DNA from: a virus
Lineage: Duplodnaviria; Caudoviricetes
Reading direction: 5' to 3' (one strand)
IMG/VR virus record: IMGVR_UViG_3300012663_000645
Span: 1-29,444 of that record
DNA: 29,444 bases
Positions 17,563 through 25,417 of this stretch are shown piece by piece. Made by a program: the position numbers and the translations under genes. The notes beneath the pieces were generated by a model. The model saw only the letters and a list, made by a program, of their open reading frames with translations. It was not told where the DNA came from and did no database searches. Each line of letters begins with the position of its first letter. The stretch's first letter is position 1.

Positions 17563-18177
17563 TTATAGAGCTCCCGATCCTATGATATAATTGAAATTGC
17601 GTTTACCTTGCATAGGACCCGGTTGAGGTATAACATGCACTGTAATCACACCGTCAGTTGTACAACGTGCGGATGCAGTAAAGTTATCCATTTCCAATTC
17701 ATCACCACCAAATGCGGATGTTGCGTTTGCGCTAGGTACAACAACAATTCTACTTGTTGTGACAGCAGCAGCATCAGAAATAGTGAAGGTGTTTGAATAC
17801 TGCGGAATTGTGTTACCGAAATCTATGATAGCTGTTCTAACAACGTTCAACGCACCAGTGTTATCTTCATAGACAAGATTTGTTGCTGTCGGTGTAATAA
17901 AGATTTCTTTATCACCCGATGCAAAGTCTACCAAGTTATCACTATTGCTACTCTTTTGCACACTACGTGCAACGGTACCAGTACCACTATTGTATGTACC
18001 AATACCAGTTTCCCAACTACCATCAGTTAGGTGAACTAAAGCGTAATGAAATTTGTCGCCAGTCGCAGCTACCGCAGAAAAGCTTTGAAAACCAGTAACG
18101 CTGGAACCAAGCGTAATTGTGCCGGTGCCAGACGAGGTGGTCTTTTGTTTTACTCTGTCAGCTACTACATAAGCCAT
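17563..18177 (-). CDS. Two-domain fibre/adaptor-like structural protein
   Basis: N-terminal ADRVK.....GTGTITL.....GFQSF...WETGIGTY...SSNS...VDF..G.KEIF domain, recalled from fibre proteins of aquatic phages; second domain IDFG...DELEMD. Confidence 0.7.
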   Translation of the reverse strand: MAYVVADRVKQKTTSSGTGTITLGSSVTGFQSFSAVAATGDKFHYALVHLTDGSWETGIGTYNSGTGTVARSVQKSSNSDNLVDFASGDKEIFITPTATNLVYEDNTGALNVVRTAIIDFGNTIPQYSNTFTISDAAAVTTSRIVVVPSANATSAFGGDELEMDNFTASARCTTDGVITVHVIPQPGPMQGKRNFNYIIGSGAL

Positions 18178-18188
18178 GTTTTATCCTA

Positions 18189-18626
18189 TTACTCAGTTGA
18201 GTTGTTTAGACCAATTGTCAATGTGGTGATACGAATTTCGTCACCGTTGTTGGCAATGATAATCGGTGCGTTAGTGAATCGGTCAGCAAACATCAACTTA
18301 CCGGCATTAGGGCCAGAACGTGCGGTTGCATAATAACCATACACATAACCTGCGTTAGATGTTGGTGCACCAGTAAACAAGAAACTGATGGTGTTACCAT
18401 AAGTTGCTGTCGTTGGGTTTGTACCAGTGATGTTCCAGTTTACAGCAGTCAAGTTGTTGGCAGTATAACCACCACCAGTGACTTCATTGTAATCCACTTC
18501 GGTATTGGCAGCACCTGGTGTCAGGTTATTACCATATAATCGAATGTCGAGGTCTTCACCGGTTTGTTTTCTTAACGAATTGTTAAGAAAGATTGCTTCA
18601 GCTTGGTTAGCTACTACTAAGGCCAT
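18189..18626 (-). CDS. Small beta-rich structural/fibre subunit
   Basis: IRLY....P....YNEVTGGGY....W....ATY....F....VYGYY....LMFADRF....NGDEIRIT pattern; own promoter and AAAGGAGA RBS. Confidence 0.75.
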   Translation of the reverse strand: MALVVANQAEAIFLNNSLRKQTGEDLDIRLYGNNLTPGAANTEVDYNEVTGGGYTANNLTAVNWNITGTNPTTATYGNTISFLFTGAPTSNAGYVYGYYATARSGPNAGKLMFADRFTNAPIIIANNGDEIRITTLTIGLNNSTE

Positions 18627-18651
18627 TATAAATCTCCTTTGATATTATTCA

Positions 18652-18658
18652 TATTTAT
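18652..18658 (-). promoter_or_regulatory. Late promoter variant ATAAATA
   Basis: Overlaps the upstream TAA, 26 nt before the 18626 start. Confidence 0.7.
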
Positions 18659-20529
18659 GAATCCTTGGTTAATGTGTCGTCAGTTTCTTCTGTTATCTTG
18701 GTAATTAAACCATCAGAATTTCGGTCAACCGTTTTTACCACCTTTTTTTGTTCCGATAGTGATACGTTGACTACTGGAGCCGGAACATTAATAATAGGTG
18801 CGGGTATATTTATTTCTTTTGAATAAATCTTATCCAATTTGTCGGAAGTCTCTTGCATTACAGTTTTTAAACTTTCTTGTACTGCATTATTTGTTTCCGC
18901 TATCACGTTATCAACTGTTTCAAATTTCTTGTTGATAATTTCATTTTGTAATTTGATTGTGTTTGACAACTCACCAACCATCTCATTCATTTTCAATTCC
19001 AACATAAAGTTGGATTCACGAATGTTTATTTCGTCTTTTTCTTTGGTGCTCTTGGCAACTTCGGTGTTGACTTCGCTGGTGTAGACTTCTTCACTGGTGG
19101 TTTCTTCGGTGTAGGTTGCTCCTGAACCACCGGTGTAACCACCTCGTTTTTTGTTTCCGTCCCACTTGATGTTATCGGCATTTGATTCACCTGCTCGATT
19201 GTCTGCTGAGATTTTACCTCCGGCATTGGGGTCGAACTTGAAGAAGTGCTTGTAATCTCGTTTGAGGTTGATTTTTGGAACAAACCCAGTATTTTTCTTA
19301 ACATTTTCATCTTCCTTAAAAAGAAATTTTACAGAATCATTTATATTTAGCTTACCATGGTTTTCTAACCATGCACATGAAGTTTCATTGAGATTTTTAG
19401 TATCAATGAATTTATTCAATGTATTGTACGTATCTGTGATGTTTTGTTCCACCAACTCTAACGAAACACTATTATCAAAGTTGATAAATTTGTTAAAATT
19501 CTGGACGTAAGCTTCTTTGTTGGTCTGTGCCAATTGCCACTTCTCTTTTCTCACCGATTCGGAAACCATCTTTGTCAACTTTTCATTTCGTTCTTTACTG
19601 GTTTCGTTTGATGTTTCAACGAATACCATAACGGTTTCATAACCAAGTTCTTCTAATTCTTCTTTAATTGTGATGATTCTTGTATGGTCATCAGCAGGTC
19701 CATTAATAATCAATGGACCACGATTACGAATTGCTTCTCTACGCAAATCATTTGACTTCTCAGATAATTTTTGCTTATCCATTAGGTAGTCGAATGCTTG
19801 CACAGAATTGATTTCTACTGCCTTGTTTTCCGCAATTGCTTCACGGATAACGATATCTTTACCAGAACCAGGTCCACCAGTGATGAAAATGGCTTTGAAT
19901 AAACCACGGTCAATGTTTTCATTCAGTCCCATACCCTTACGTGTATCACGCATCAATTCTCTTGCGTGGTGGTCAGGAACGTGTTCCGGAACACCTTGTC
20001 TGAAAGAATGAAAGTCATTATTGGAAGCATGTTCACGCATTTTGGTACCGGACATACCTTCTGCACCTTCGGCATCAGGGTCACGGTGACCAGCAGAAAC
20101 TACCGAAATCTTTTTAAAGTTGTACAATGCACCTTTGTGTGTACCATTATATTGGTGCAATTTGTCATGCATTTCTTTTACACGGTCAGAACCAGCCACA
20201 TAAATCAAGTGGTCGTGGCCAGCAGCATTTAATTTTGCAGCATGGTGTAAGAAAGTTGGATGTTCTTTTGAAGATGTTTCAAAATGTGTACCAGGTGAAT
20301 AACGTTGTAGGTGTTTAACCTTCTGTTCACCAGTTAAAGGATTCTTTTTAGAATCTTGTGAGTGTGAAGCAATAACTGTATGTGCAGCACGATGTTTGGC
20401 TGCCAGCTCTCTTACTTTGTCGATAAGTTTCAGGTGGCCGCTGGTCGGTGGATTCATACGTCCAAAGGCCATCACCACAGGCTTGTGTGTCTTATCTTGT
20501 TCTTCTACTAATTGGAGAAATGATTTCAT
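18655..20529 (-). CDS. Multidomain protein: cytidyltransferase-like (HIGH superfamily) domain, degenerate P-loop domain, and coiled-coil/Pro-rich tail
   Basis: MKSFLQLVEE leader; FGRMNPPTSGH, KKNPL, VAGSDRV, RDPDAEGAEGMSGTKMR; FITGGPGSGKD; C-terminal INVPAPVVNV...KTVDRNSDGLITKI. Confidence 0.85.
   Translation of the reverse strand: MKSFLQLVEEQDKTHKPVVMAFGRMNPPTSGHLKLIDKVRELAAKHRAAHTVIASHSQDSKKNPLTGEQKVKHLQRYSPGTHFETSSKEHPTFLHHAAKLNAAGHDHLIYVAGSDRVKEMHDKLHQYNGTHKGALYNFKKISVVSAGHRDPDAEGAEGMSGTKMREHASNNDFHSFRQGVPEHVPDHHARELMRDTRKGMGLNENIDRGLFKAIFITGGPGSGKDIVIREAIAENKAVEINSVQAFDYLMDKQKLSEKSNDLRREAIRNRGPLIINGPADDHTRIITIKEELEELGYETVMVFVETSNETSKERNEKLTKMVSESVRKEKWQLAQTNKEAYVQNFNKFINFDNSVSLELVEQNITDTYNTLNKFIDTKNLNETSCAWLENHGKLNINDSVKFLFKEDENVKKNTGFVPKINLKRDYKHFFKFDPNAGGKISADNRAGESNADNIKWDGNKKRGGYTGGSGATYTEETTSEEVYTSEVNTEVAKSTKEKDEINIRESNFMLELKMNEMVGELSNTIKLQNEIINKKFETVDNVIAETNNAVQESLKTVMQETSDKLDKIYSKEINIPAPIINVPAPVVNVSLSEQKKVVKTVDRNSDGLITKITEETDDTLTKDS
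19026..19304 (-). CDS. Nested out-of-frame gene: 92-aa protein with an amphipathic N-terminus and a Pro/Lys-rich tail
   Basis: AAGGAAG RBS 6 nt before ATG 19304; CTAAATATAAAT promoter-like element 35 nt upstream; MLRKILGLFQK...PKKPPVKKSTPAKSTPKLPRAPKKKTK. Confidence 0.65.
   Translation of the reverse strand: MLRKILGLFQKSTSNEITSTSSSSTPMPEVKSQQTIEQVNQMPITSSGTETKNEVVTPVVQEQPTPKKPPVKKSTPAKSTPKLPRAPKKKTK
19339..19350 (-). promoter_or_regulatory. Intragenic late promoter (overlapping CTAAATA and TATAAAT)
   Basis: Minus strand CTAAATATAAAT just upstream of the nested ORF's RBS. Confidence 0.6.
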
Positions 20530-21710
20530 TTTCTTACTTTTAACAAATTAGCTTTTGCGAATTCTTTACGGTTGACCAACTTAGTTGGTTCACCACCGTG
20601 ATTTACAACGAAACCTTCCGGACCAGTTGCCTTGTTATCAATATGATGTTCTAAACCGCCTGTGTGTTGTTCCAATGTGTTCACTAATACATCTTTCGCT
20701 TTTTGAAGATGATTGTGCATCTTCAACAAATTATTATAATGTTCTTTATGTTTCTCAATATGGTCAGTATGTGGTTTCAATTCCTGCATTTTTCTGGATT
20801 GTCCAGCAGGAGTCTTTAATTTTGCAGAAGCCTTTTCATACTTACCCGCAATATGTTTACTCAAACCAGCAGCAGTAGGTTCTTCATCTGTTCTGACCGT
20901 ATGGTTTATATATGTCTCTAAGTGGCCGCCTTCTCCTTGGTGTGCCTCAGTGTGTTTGTACATTCCATTCTTCTTACCTTCATCATGGAGTTTCTTTGCT
21001 GCGTCCATGTGTTCTTGGAATTTGTTCTGGTCGTCCTCAGAATAGTGTACTTGTTTGGTGTCCATGTTTGGAGATTTCTGCCAAACATCAGGATGTTGTT
21101 TGAAATTGTGTAGGTCAGGATGCGGATCCGCACTCATTGACGATATTGAATCTCCGTGGTATTGTGTATGTGTAACAACACCCATTTGCGAGTTCTTGGC
21201 CTTTGTTGCTTCATCACCTTTGGCAGTATAGGTGATAGTGTTAGGTGTAAAAGAAACTTTTCCACCCTTCTTCTGTTTCAAATCATCTTTGGTGAACATT
21301 AAGTCACCTTGATATACACCAGTCGATGGTGCAACTTTTTTCAGATGATTCAGAGAAGCGTGTAGTTTATCCATTAGACCAGGAGCATGTCCGTGGTTCT
21401 TTTGAATATCATCGTGTGTATAATTTAGTTTAGGATTCTTGTTGAATGCTGACTTTGAAGCAACAAAGAACTTACCATTTTCTGGATTGTGACCATATAC
21501 GATAGCGGGCGAACCATCATATTTCATTGTCATATGGGAACTAGAACCACCAGATTTGATGTGTTCATGTGAGTATTTCAAGGCTTGATACGCCTTATCA
21601 AAACCCTTTGGACCTTCCTGTAAAGGACGATCCTCAGCATGTGTGATATGCTTTAGCTTCGCACCTTCTTCTTCGGCCTGTTCTTTTAGAAATGCTAGGA
21701 AAAGTCCCAT
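20526..21710 (-). CDS. DUF6267-like protein with ATP-dependent RNA ligase/capping-enzyme motifs
   Basis: H.ED, MKYDGSPA (motif I KxDG), FFVASKS, VYQGDL (III), PEGFVV (IV), TKLVNR.EF (V); AGAGGT RBS. Confidence 0.78.
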   Translation of the reverse strand: MGLFLAFLKEQAEEEGAKLKHITHAEDRPLQEGPKGFDKAYQALKYSHEHIKSGGSSSHMTMKYDGSPAIVYGHNPENGKFFVASKSAFNKNPKLNYTHDDIQKNHGHAPGLMDKLHASLNHLKKVAPSTGVYQGDLMFTKDDLKQKKGGKVSFTPNTITYTAKGDEATKAKNSQMGVVTHTQYHGDSISSMSADPHPDLHNFKQHPDVWQKSPNMDTKQVHYSEDDQNKFQEHMDAAKKLHDEGKKNGMYKHTEAHQGEGGHLETYINHTVRTDEEPTAAGLSKHIAGKYEKASAKLKTPAGQSRKMQELKPHTDHIEKHKEHYNNLLKMHNHLQKAKDVLVNTLEQHTGGLEHHIDNKATGPEGFVVNHGGEPTKLVNRKEFAKANLLKVRK

Positions 21711-21752
21711 TGATACCTCTTAAAATGCAACACACTTTGGTTGCCATGAAGT

Positions 21753-21760
21753 TATTTATA
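21753..21760 (-). promoter_or_regulatory. T4-type late promoter TATAAATA
   Basis: Perfect consensus, intergenic, 43 nt upstream of 21710. Confidence 0.88.
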
Positions 21761-21765
21761 ACACA

Positions 21766-21784
21766 TTGCAACTCGAAGCCGCAA
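21766..21784 (-). terminator. Hairpin after the glycosyltransferase block (weak terminator or stabiliser)
   Basis: TTGCGGCT-TCG-AGTTGCAA, 8-bp stem with two G-U pairs; poor U tract. Confidence 0.35.
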
Positions 21785-21817
21785 AACTTTCAAATGTTGG
21801 GTTCGATATATAGCGAA

Positions 21818-22522
21818 TTATTCCCAGGTCGTACCTTCAAAATTCATCCAATACGTCAACATTTTACCTTTTCCACTCAAAAGATGAAACGGTGTAGTAT
21901 GTAGTAACGCACGGCTGGAGTAAAAATACATGAGATTTGGTGGTGGTCGGTCTAAAACTGATGCAAATATTGAGGTTCCAGTCTCACCACCAAAGAATGA
22001 ATGACAATCCATAATGTGATGAATATTGTCCATGAAGTCTGTACTAAGTGTAAAACCTTTCAGGTCAATACCTGGAGGTAATTCCTTGGCACAAATGATT
22101 CTTTCAAAACTCTCGTCCTGATTGTCATCAATAATTTTTTGCAAAAGTGTTGGAGACCAATTGCGATATGTGTTATACGGTGCATCAAATACAGGAAAGA
22201 CAACAATTTTCTGTTGTACAGGCATTGCATTTGGTATTGTAATCAAGTCACCAGAGATATCACGGTAGTCCCATAAATTGATTTTGTTCCAAGGAAGAAT
22301 GTTTCCCGATGGTTCATCCGCAAAGTAATCAGTTGCTTCTTTTAGAAATTCAAAGAACTTGACACAATAATCGGCTTCGTTGATTGTTCCAGGCATCATG
22401 TAGAAGGTCAATTCTTGGTCAGTATTTTGTCTACGTAGATGTTCAAATACATTCAATAATGCAATCATATCACCATTACGCATTGGACCACCAAAAGTTC
22501 CAGGTTTAATATCAATAATCAT
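21818..22522 (-). CDS. GT-B (GT9/heptosyltransferase-like) glycosyltransferase
   Basis: N-terminal RNGDMI and C-terminal CHSFFGGETGTSIFASVL resemble the GT9 GD and FIG.DTG..H.A motifs. Confidence 0.55.
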   Translation of the reverse strand: MIIDIKPGTFGGPMRNGDMIALLNVFEHLRRQNTDQELTFYMMPGTINEADYCVKFFEFLKEATDYFADEPSGNILPWNKINLWDYRDISGDLITIPNAMPVQQKIVVFPVFDAPYNTYRNWSPTLLQKIIDDNQDESFERIICAKELPPGIDLKGFTLSTDFMDNIHHIMDCHSFFGGETGTSIFASVLDRPPPNLMYFYSSRALLHTTPFHLLSGKGKMLTYWMNFEGTTWE

Positions 22523-23154
22523 ATTCTTGTTCCAATAACAGTCAAAATATTTGGTAAGTTGGATGCTGGTGTCCGAATTTTATCTTCTGGATTACCAACA
22601 TATACAATTTTACAACCTACTTCCAATAACAATCCAATCAAACCATGCACATCAAAGTGGTGTATATGTTCATTTGGTCTACGGTGTTTCCAATTTTCAA
22701 ACCAATCTGTGCCTTGCGATTCATGGTACCAAGGTACTGAAATACAAAAGTGTTTGGCCTTTTTCTGTCTCAGGAAAGTGGTCAAATCTTCATCCAAGAT
22801 GTGTTCCATGGAATCAAAGAACGTCATAACATCTACATGAACGTTGTCTAGGTCGTCTACCCTAGTGGTTCTTGGTGGTACAGGATAGTCTGAAATGTCA
22901 TAACCATAGGTAATAATCTTCTGGTCTTCACAATATCTCAGAAATGAACCATTACCATAACCAAAATCACACACAGAGGAGAAATCACCAATGGCAGAAC
23001 GAATTGTATCAAATCTGATTTTAGAAATTGCGTCATTGGTTTTGTAAGTATCATATCTCTCTTTTGAATAAATCGAACTATAATCCGGTACAGTACCAGT
23101 TAGACTTTTTTGGTACAGATGACCAAGTCGTATTTGTTTGTATTTTTCATTCAT
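22519..23154 (-). CDS. Class I SAM-dependent methyltransferase
   Basis: VCDFGYGNGSF, GYDIS, DVMTFFDSMEHI, ISVP, EHIHHF. Confidence 0.9.
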   Translation of the reverse strand: MNEKYKQIRLGHLYQKSLTGTVPDYSSIYSKERYDTYKTNDAISKIRFDTIRSAIGDFSSVCDFGYGNGSFLRYCEDQKIITYGYDISDYPVPPRTTRVDDLDNVHVDVMTFFDSMEHILDEDLTTFLRQKKAKHFCISVPWYHESQGTDWFENWKHRRPNEHIHHFDVHGLIGLLLEVGCKIVYVGNPEDKIRTPASNLPNILTVIGTRI

Positions 23155-23891
23155 AGTAAACTTTGCAAATCTTTTGCGTGTACCAATTTGGCTTTACGGT
23201 TCAGATAGAAATGCTTTTCAAAAATCTTGTTAATATCTTTACCATTATCCCAACTGATATTATCACCGACACGGAACTCTGGTTTCCAATCTTCTGCTTT
23301 CCAAACCACATAACATTCTTTATTCAACAAATCGGCAATCATGCCAATGCCTGTGAAGTTGGTAATAAATGGTTTGGTAGATTTTCTGATGATGTAACAG
23401 TTTAACAGTAAGTCATTATTATAATCTAAAAACTCATACTTGTCAAGGTGTGATAGAATATTTGTTTCTCGGCGTGCGTCAATATCACCACGGTTCCAAC
23501 GGTCACCAACGTAATAAGTATCTTTCACTTCAACATCATATTCTGGTGTTTTAATAACAAAGTCATCATCAACCCGAAAGTCTAATCTATAATTGTCTCT
23601 CATCCAATTTTCATAACGACAAGTTTCGATGGGACGGTTAGGATCACCTTTATCTTCTCTTGTCCATGAACTGATTGTATATACTTCACCATAAATGAAA
23701 ACATCATCTTCAAAAAATACAGTTTGAAATATATCTTGGTACATTAAGAACTCAATGATACCTTTGAATTTTCTCATTTCTTTTTTAATGATGAAATCAA
23801 TTTTCCCATACTTCTTGGAAATACCAGACAATACTGGTAATGCTTGTACAAAGTCACCTAAGTTTGCGGTAGAATTAAGATAGATTTTCAT
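23151..23891 (-). CDS. GT-B (GT9-like) glycosyltransferase
   Basis: NLGDFVQALPVL and FITNFTGIGMIADLL; start moved to ATG 23891 (MKIYL). Confidence 0.6.
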   Translation of the reverse strand: MKIYLNSTANLGDFVQALPVLSGISKKYGKIDFIIKKEMRKFKGIIEFLMYQDIFQTVFFEDDVFIYGEVYTISSWTREDKGDPNRPIETCRYENWMRDNYRLDFRVDDDFVIKTPEYDVEVKDTYYVGDRWNRGDIDARRETNILSHLDKYEFLDYNNDLLLNCYIIRKSTKPFITNFTGIGMIADLLNKECYVVWKAEDWKPEFRVGDNISWDNGKDINKIFEKHFYLNRKAKLVHAKDLQSLL

Positions 23892-24678
23892 TGAATTCCT
23901 TAAATGCAACAAACCAATCTGATGGTGATACTGGATGCAATTCAAATAATTCTGGTGCAGTCAAGTATGACATTAACAATAATGTCTGGTCATCATCAAT
24001 CAAATTATTCTTCAACAATTCTTTGGCATTATTATGCACCAATTGTTCAAGTATATTCCATTTCTCTTTCGAGGCTACAATACATGGACCTGTAATGTGT
24101 ACATCATTGTTGAAAATGATATCACTGATATATGTACCTTCTTTATAATCTTTGATATTAAAGAAATGAATCTTATCTTGGTCAAATGGATACTGCCAAG
24201 TCTTAACACCATTGAGTGTAGATTCATCACGGCAATATCCAAAATCTAACCATGCAACCATTTCGTTATCAATTTGATTCATGGCAATTGCTCTACGAAC
24301 AAAAGAAGCCTTCATCATATTCACCAAAACATAATCTGCATTCCAATATTCTGGATTCTTAACTTGTGATGGGTTGATATGTTTTTGAAAATCTGGATTC
24401 TGTTGAGTTTTCTCAATCATAGAACGTAAATCGGTAAAGTTTGATTTGAAATCAATCACGTTAATGGTTGTTTCTTTACCATATCTCAGAGTATGCACGA
24501 GTGGTGCCAATTCTTCTGAGGTAAATACGATAATTTCATTGTCTAGTTTTGCTAGATGTGAAAAACGTTCCAAATATGTTTCATTGGTTCTGTGTAGGTA
24601 ATGTGGTAGACCTTTTTCTGGTGTCCAATCACCACGACCAATATCAAAAAATGCGGTTACAATACTAATGTCATTCAT
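23875..24678 (-). CDS. HtrL/YibB (WlaTC) family glycosyltransferase-like protein
   Basis: IVTAFFDIGRGDW, YLERF..LA.L.N, NPEYW.ADYVLV...K, AWLDFGYCR, DDDQTLLL, WF..F. Confidence 0.88.
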   Translation of the reverse strand: MNDISIVTAFFDIGRGDWTPEKGLPHYLHRTNETYLERFSHLAKLDNEIIVFTSEELAPLVHTLRYGKETTINVIDFKSNFTDLRSMIEKTQQNPDFQKHINPSQVKNPEYWNADYVLVNMMKASFVRRAIAMNQIDNEMVAWLDFGYCRDESTLNGVKTWQYPFDQDKIHFFNIKDYKEGTYISDIIFNNDVHITGPCIVASKEKWNILEQLVHNNAKELLKNNLIDDDQTLLLMSYLTAPELFELHPVSPSDWFVAFKEFNENLS

Positions 24679-25417
24679 AATAATACTTTTTGTAGTTGTT
24701 GATAATCTGAATCTGCTCAGGTAACTTACTTATAAAGCTTTCATAATCGAAACCTGGTTGATGGTTGTGTGTGTCTGTCAAATACGGGTTGGTTGTATAA
24801 TCTTTACCACACAGTAGATAGTATACTACCATAAAACAATCAATCCAACCTAGTGTTGGATATATTTCTCGCAATACGTATCTGGTGTGTGCTTTGAACC
24901 ACCGATGAACTTTATCATAGTTTTCCAAGAAGGTGTGTATTTTAAAAATAGAACCACCGCCAGCACCATATTCAACCTTAATTGGTTGTTTGTGTGAGAA
25001 CACCATAATCATATTAATTATAGCTTCTGGTATTATATTACCACCTTTAATATCATGACAAGCCATTTCCCAATCAGATTCAACTGTAACTGGTTTAACT
25101 AGAATCACATCATCTTCGGCCATCATAATATGAGTGGCACCTTTCGATTGAGCAATGAAACATGCAATCCGGAATCTACTGAGAAATTCCAAAACATTTT
25201 CTACATCATATCCAAAAGGTTGAACTGGACCACCAAGCTTTTTGTCACAGTGAATATAATCTGTTTTGTATTTGGCGGCCAACTGTCTGAAATCAAATGC
25301 ATTATCAGACATTAGTATATACGGTGCATCTGGATGAAATGACCGTATATTTTTTACCACATAATCTGTTGCCTTTGGTTTGTTTGAACCAATATGAAAA
25401 AATGCAATATTAGACAC
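24671..25417 (-). CDS. GT-A fold glycosyltransferase-like protein
   Basis: IRSFHPDAPYILMSDN, MMAEDDV (DxD-like), YGAGGGSIF, GWIDC. Confidence 0.7.
   Translation of the reverse strand: MSNIAFFHIGSNKPKATDYVVKNIRSFHPDAPYILMSDNAFDFRQLAAKYKTDYIHCDKKLGGPVQPFGYDVENVLEFLSRFRIACFIAQSKGATHIMMAEDDVILVKPVTVESDWEMACHDIKGGNIIPEAIINMIMVFSHKQPIKVEYGAGGGSIFKIHTFLENYDKVHRWFKAHTRYVLREIYPTLGWIDCFMVVYYLLCGKDYTTNPYLTDTHNHQPGFDYESFISKLPEQIQIINNYKKYYYE

Noticed and set aside
18742-18750. Second A_AAA_AAG heptamer (CAA AAA AAG) near the end of the 624-aa gene
   Set aside because: The -1 frame stops after a few codons and no stimulator is evident; likely chance in Lys-rich AT-rich DNA.
20918-21133. Other same-strand alternative-frame ORFs (also 3264-3479, 25697-25906, 27265-27465) as nested genes
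   Set aside because: Unlike 19026-19304, I saw no combination of promoter motif, RBS and coherent protein features.
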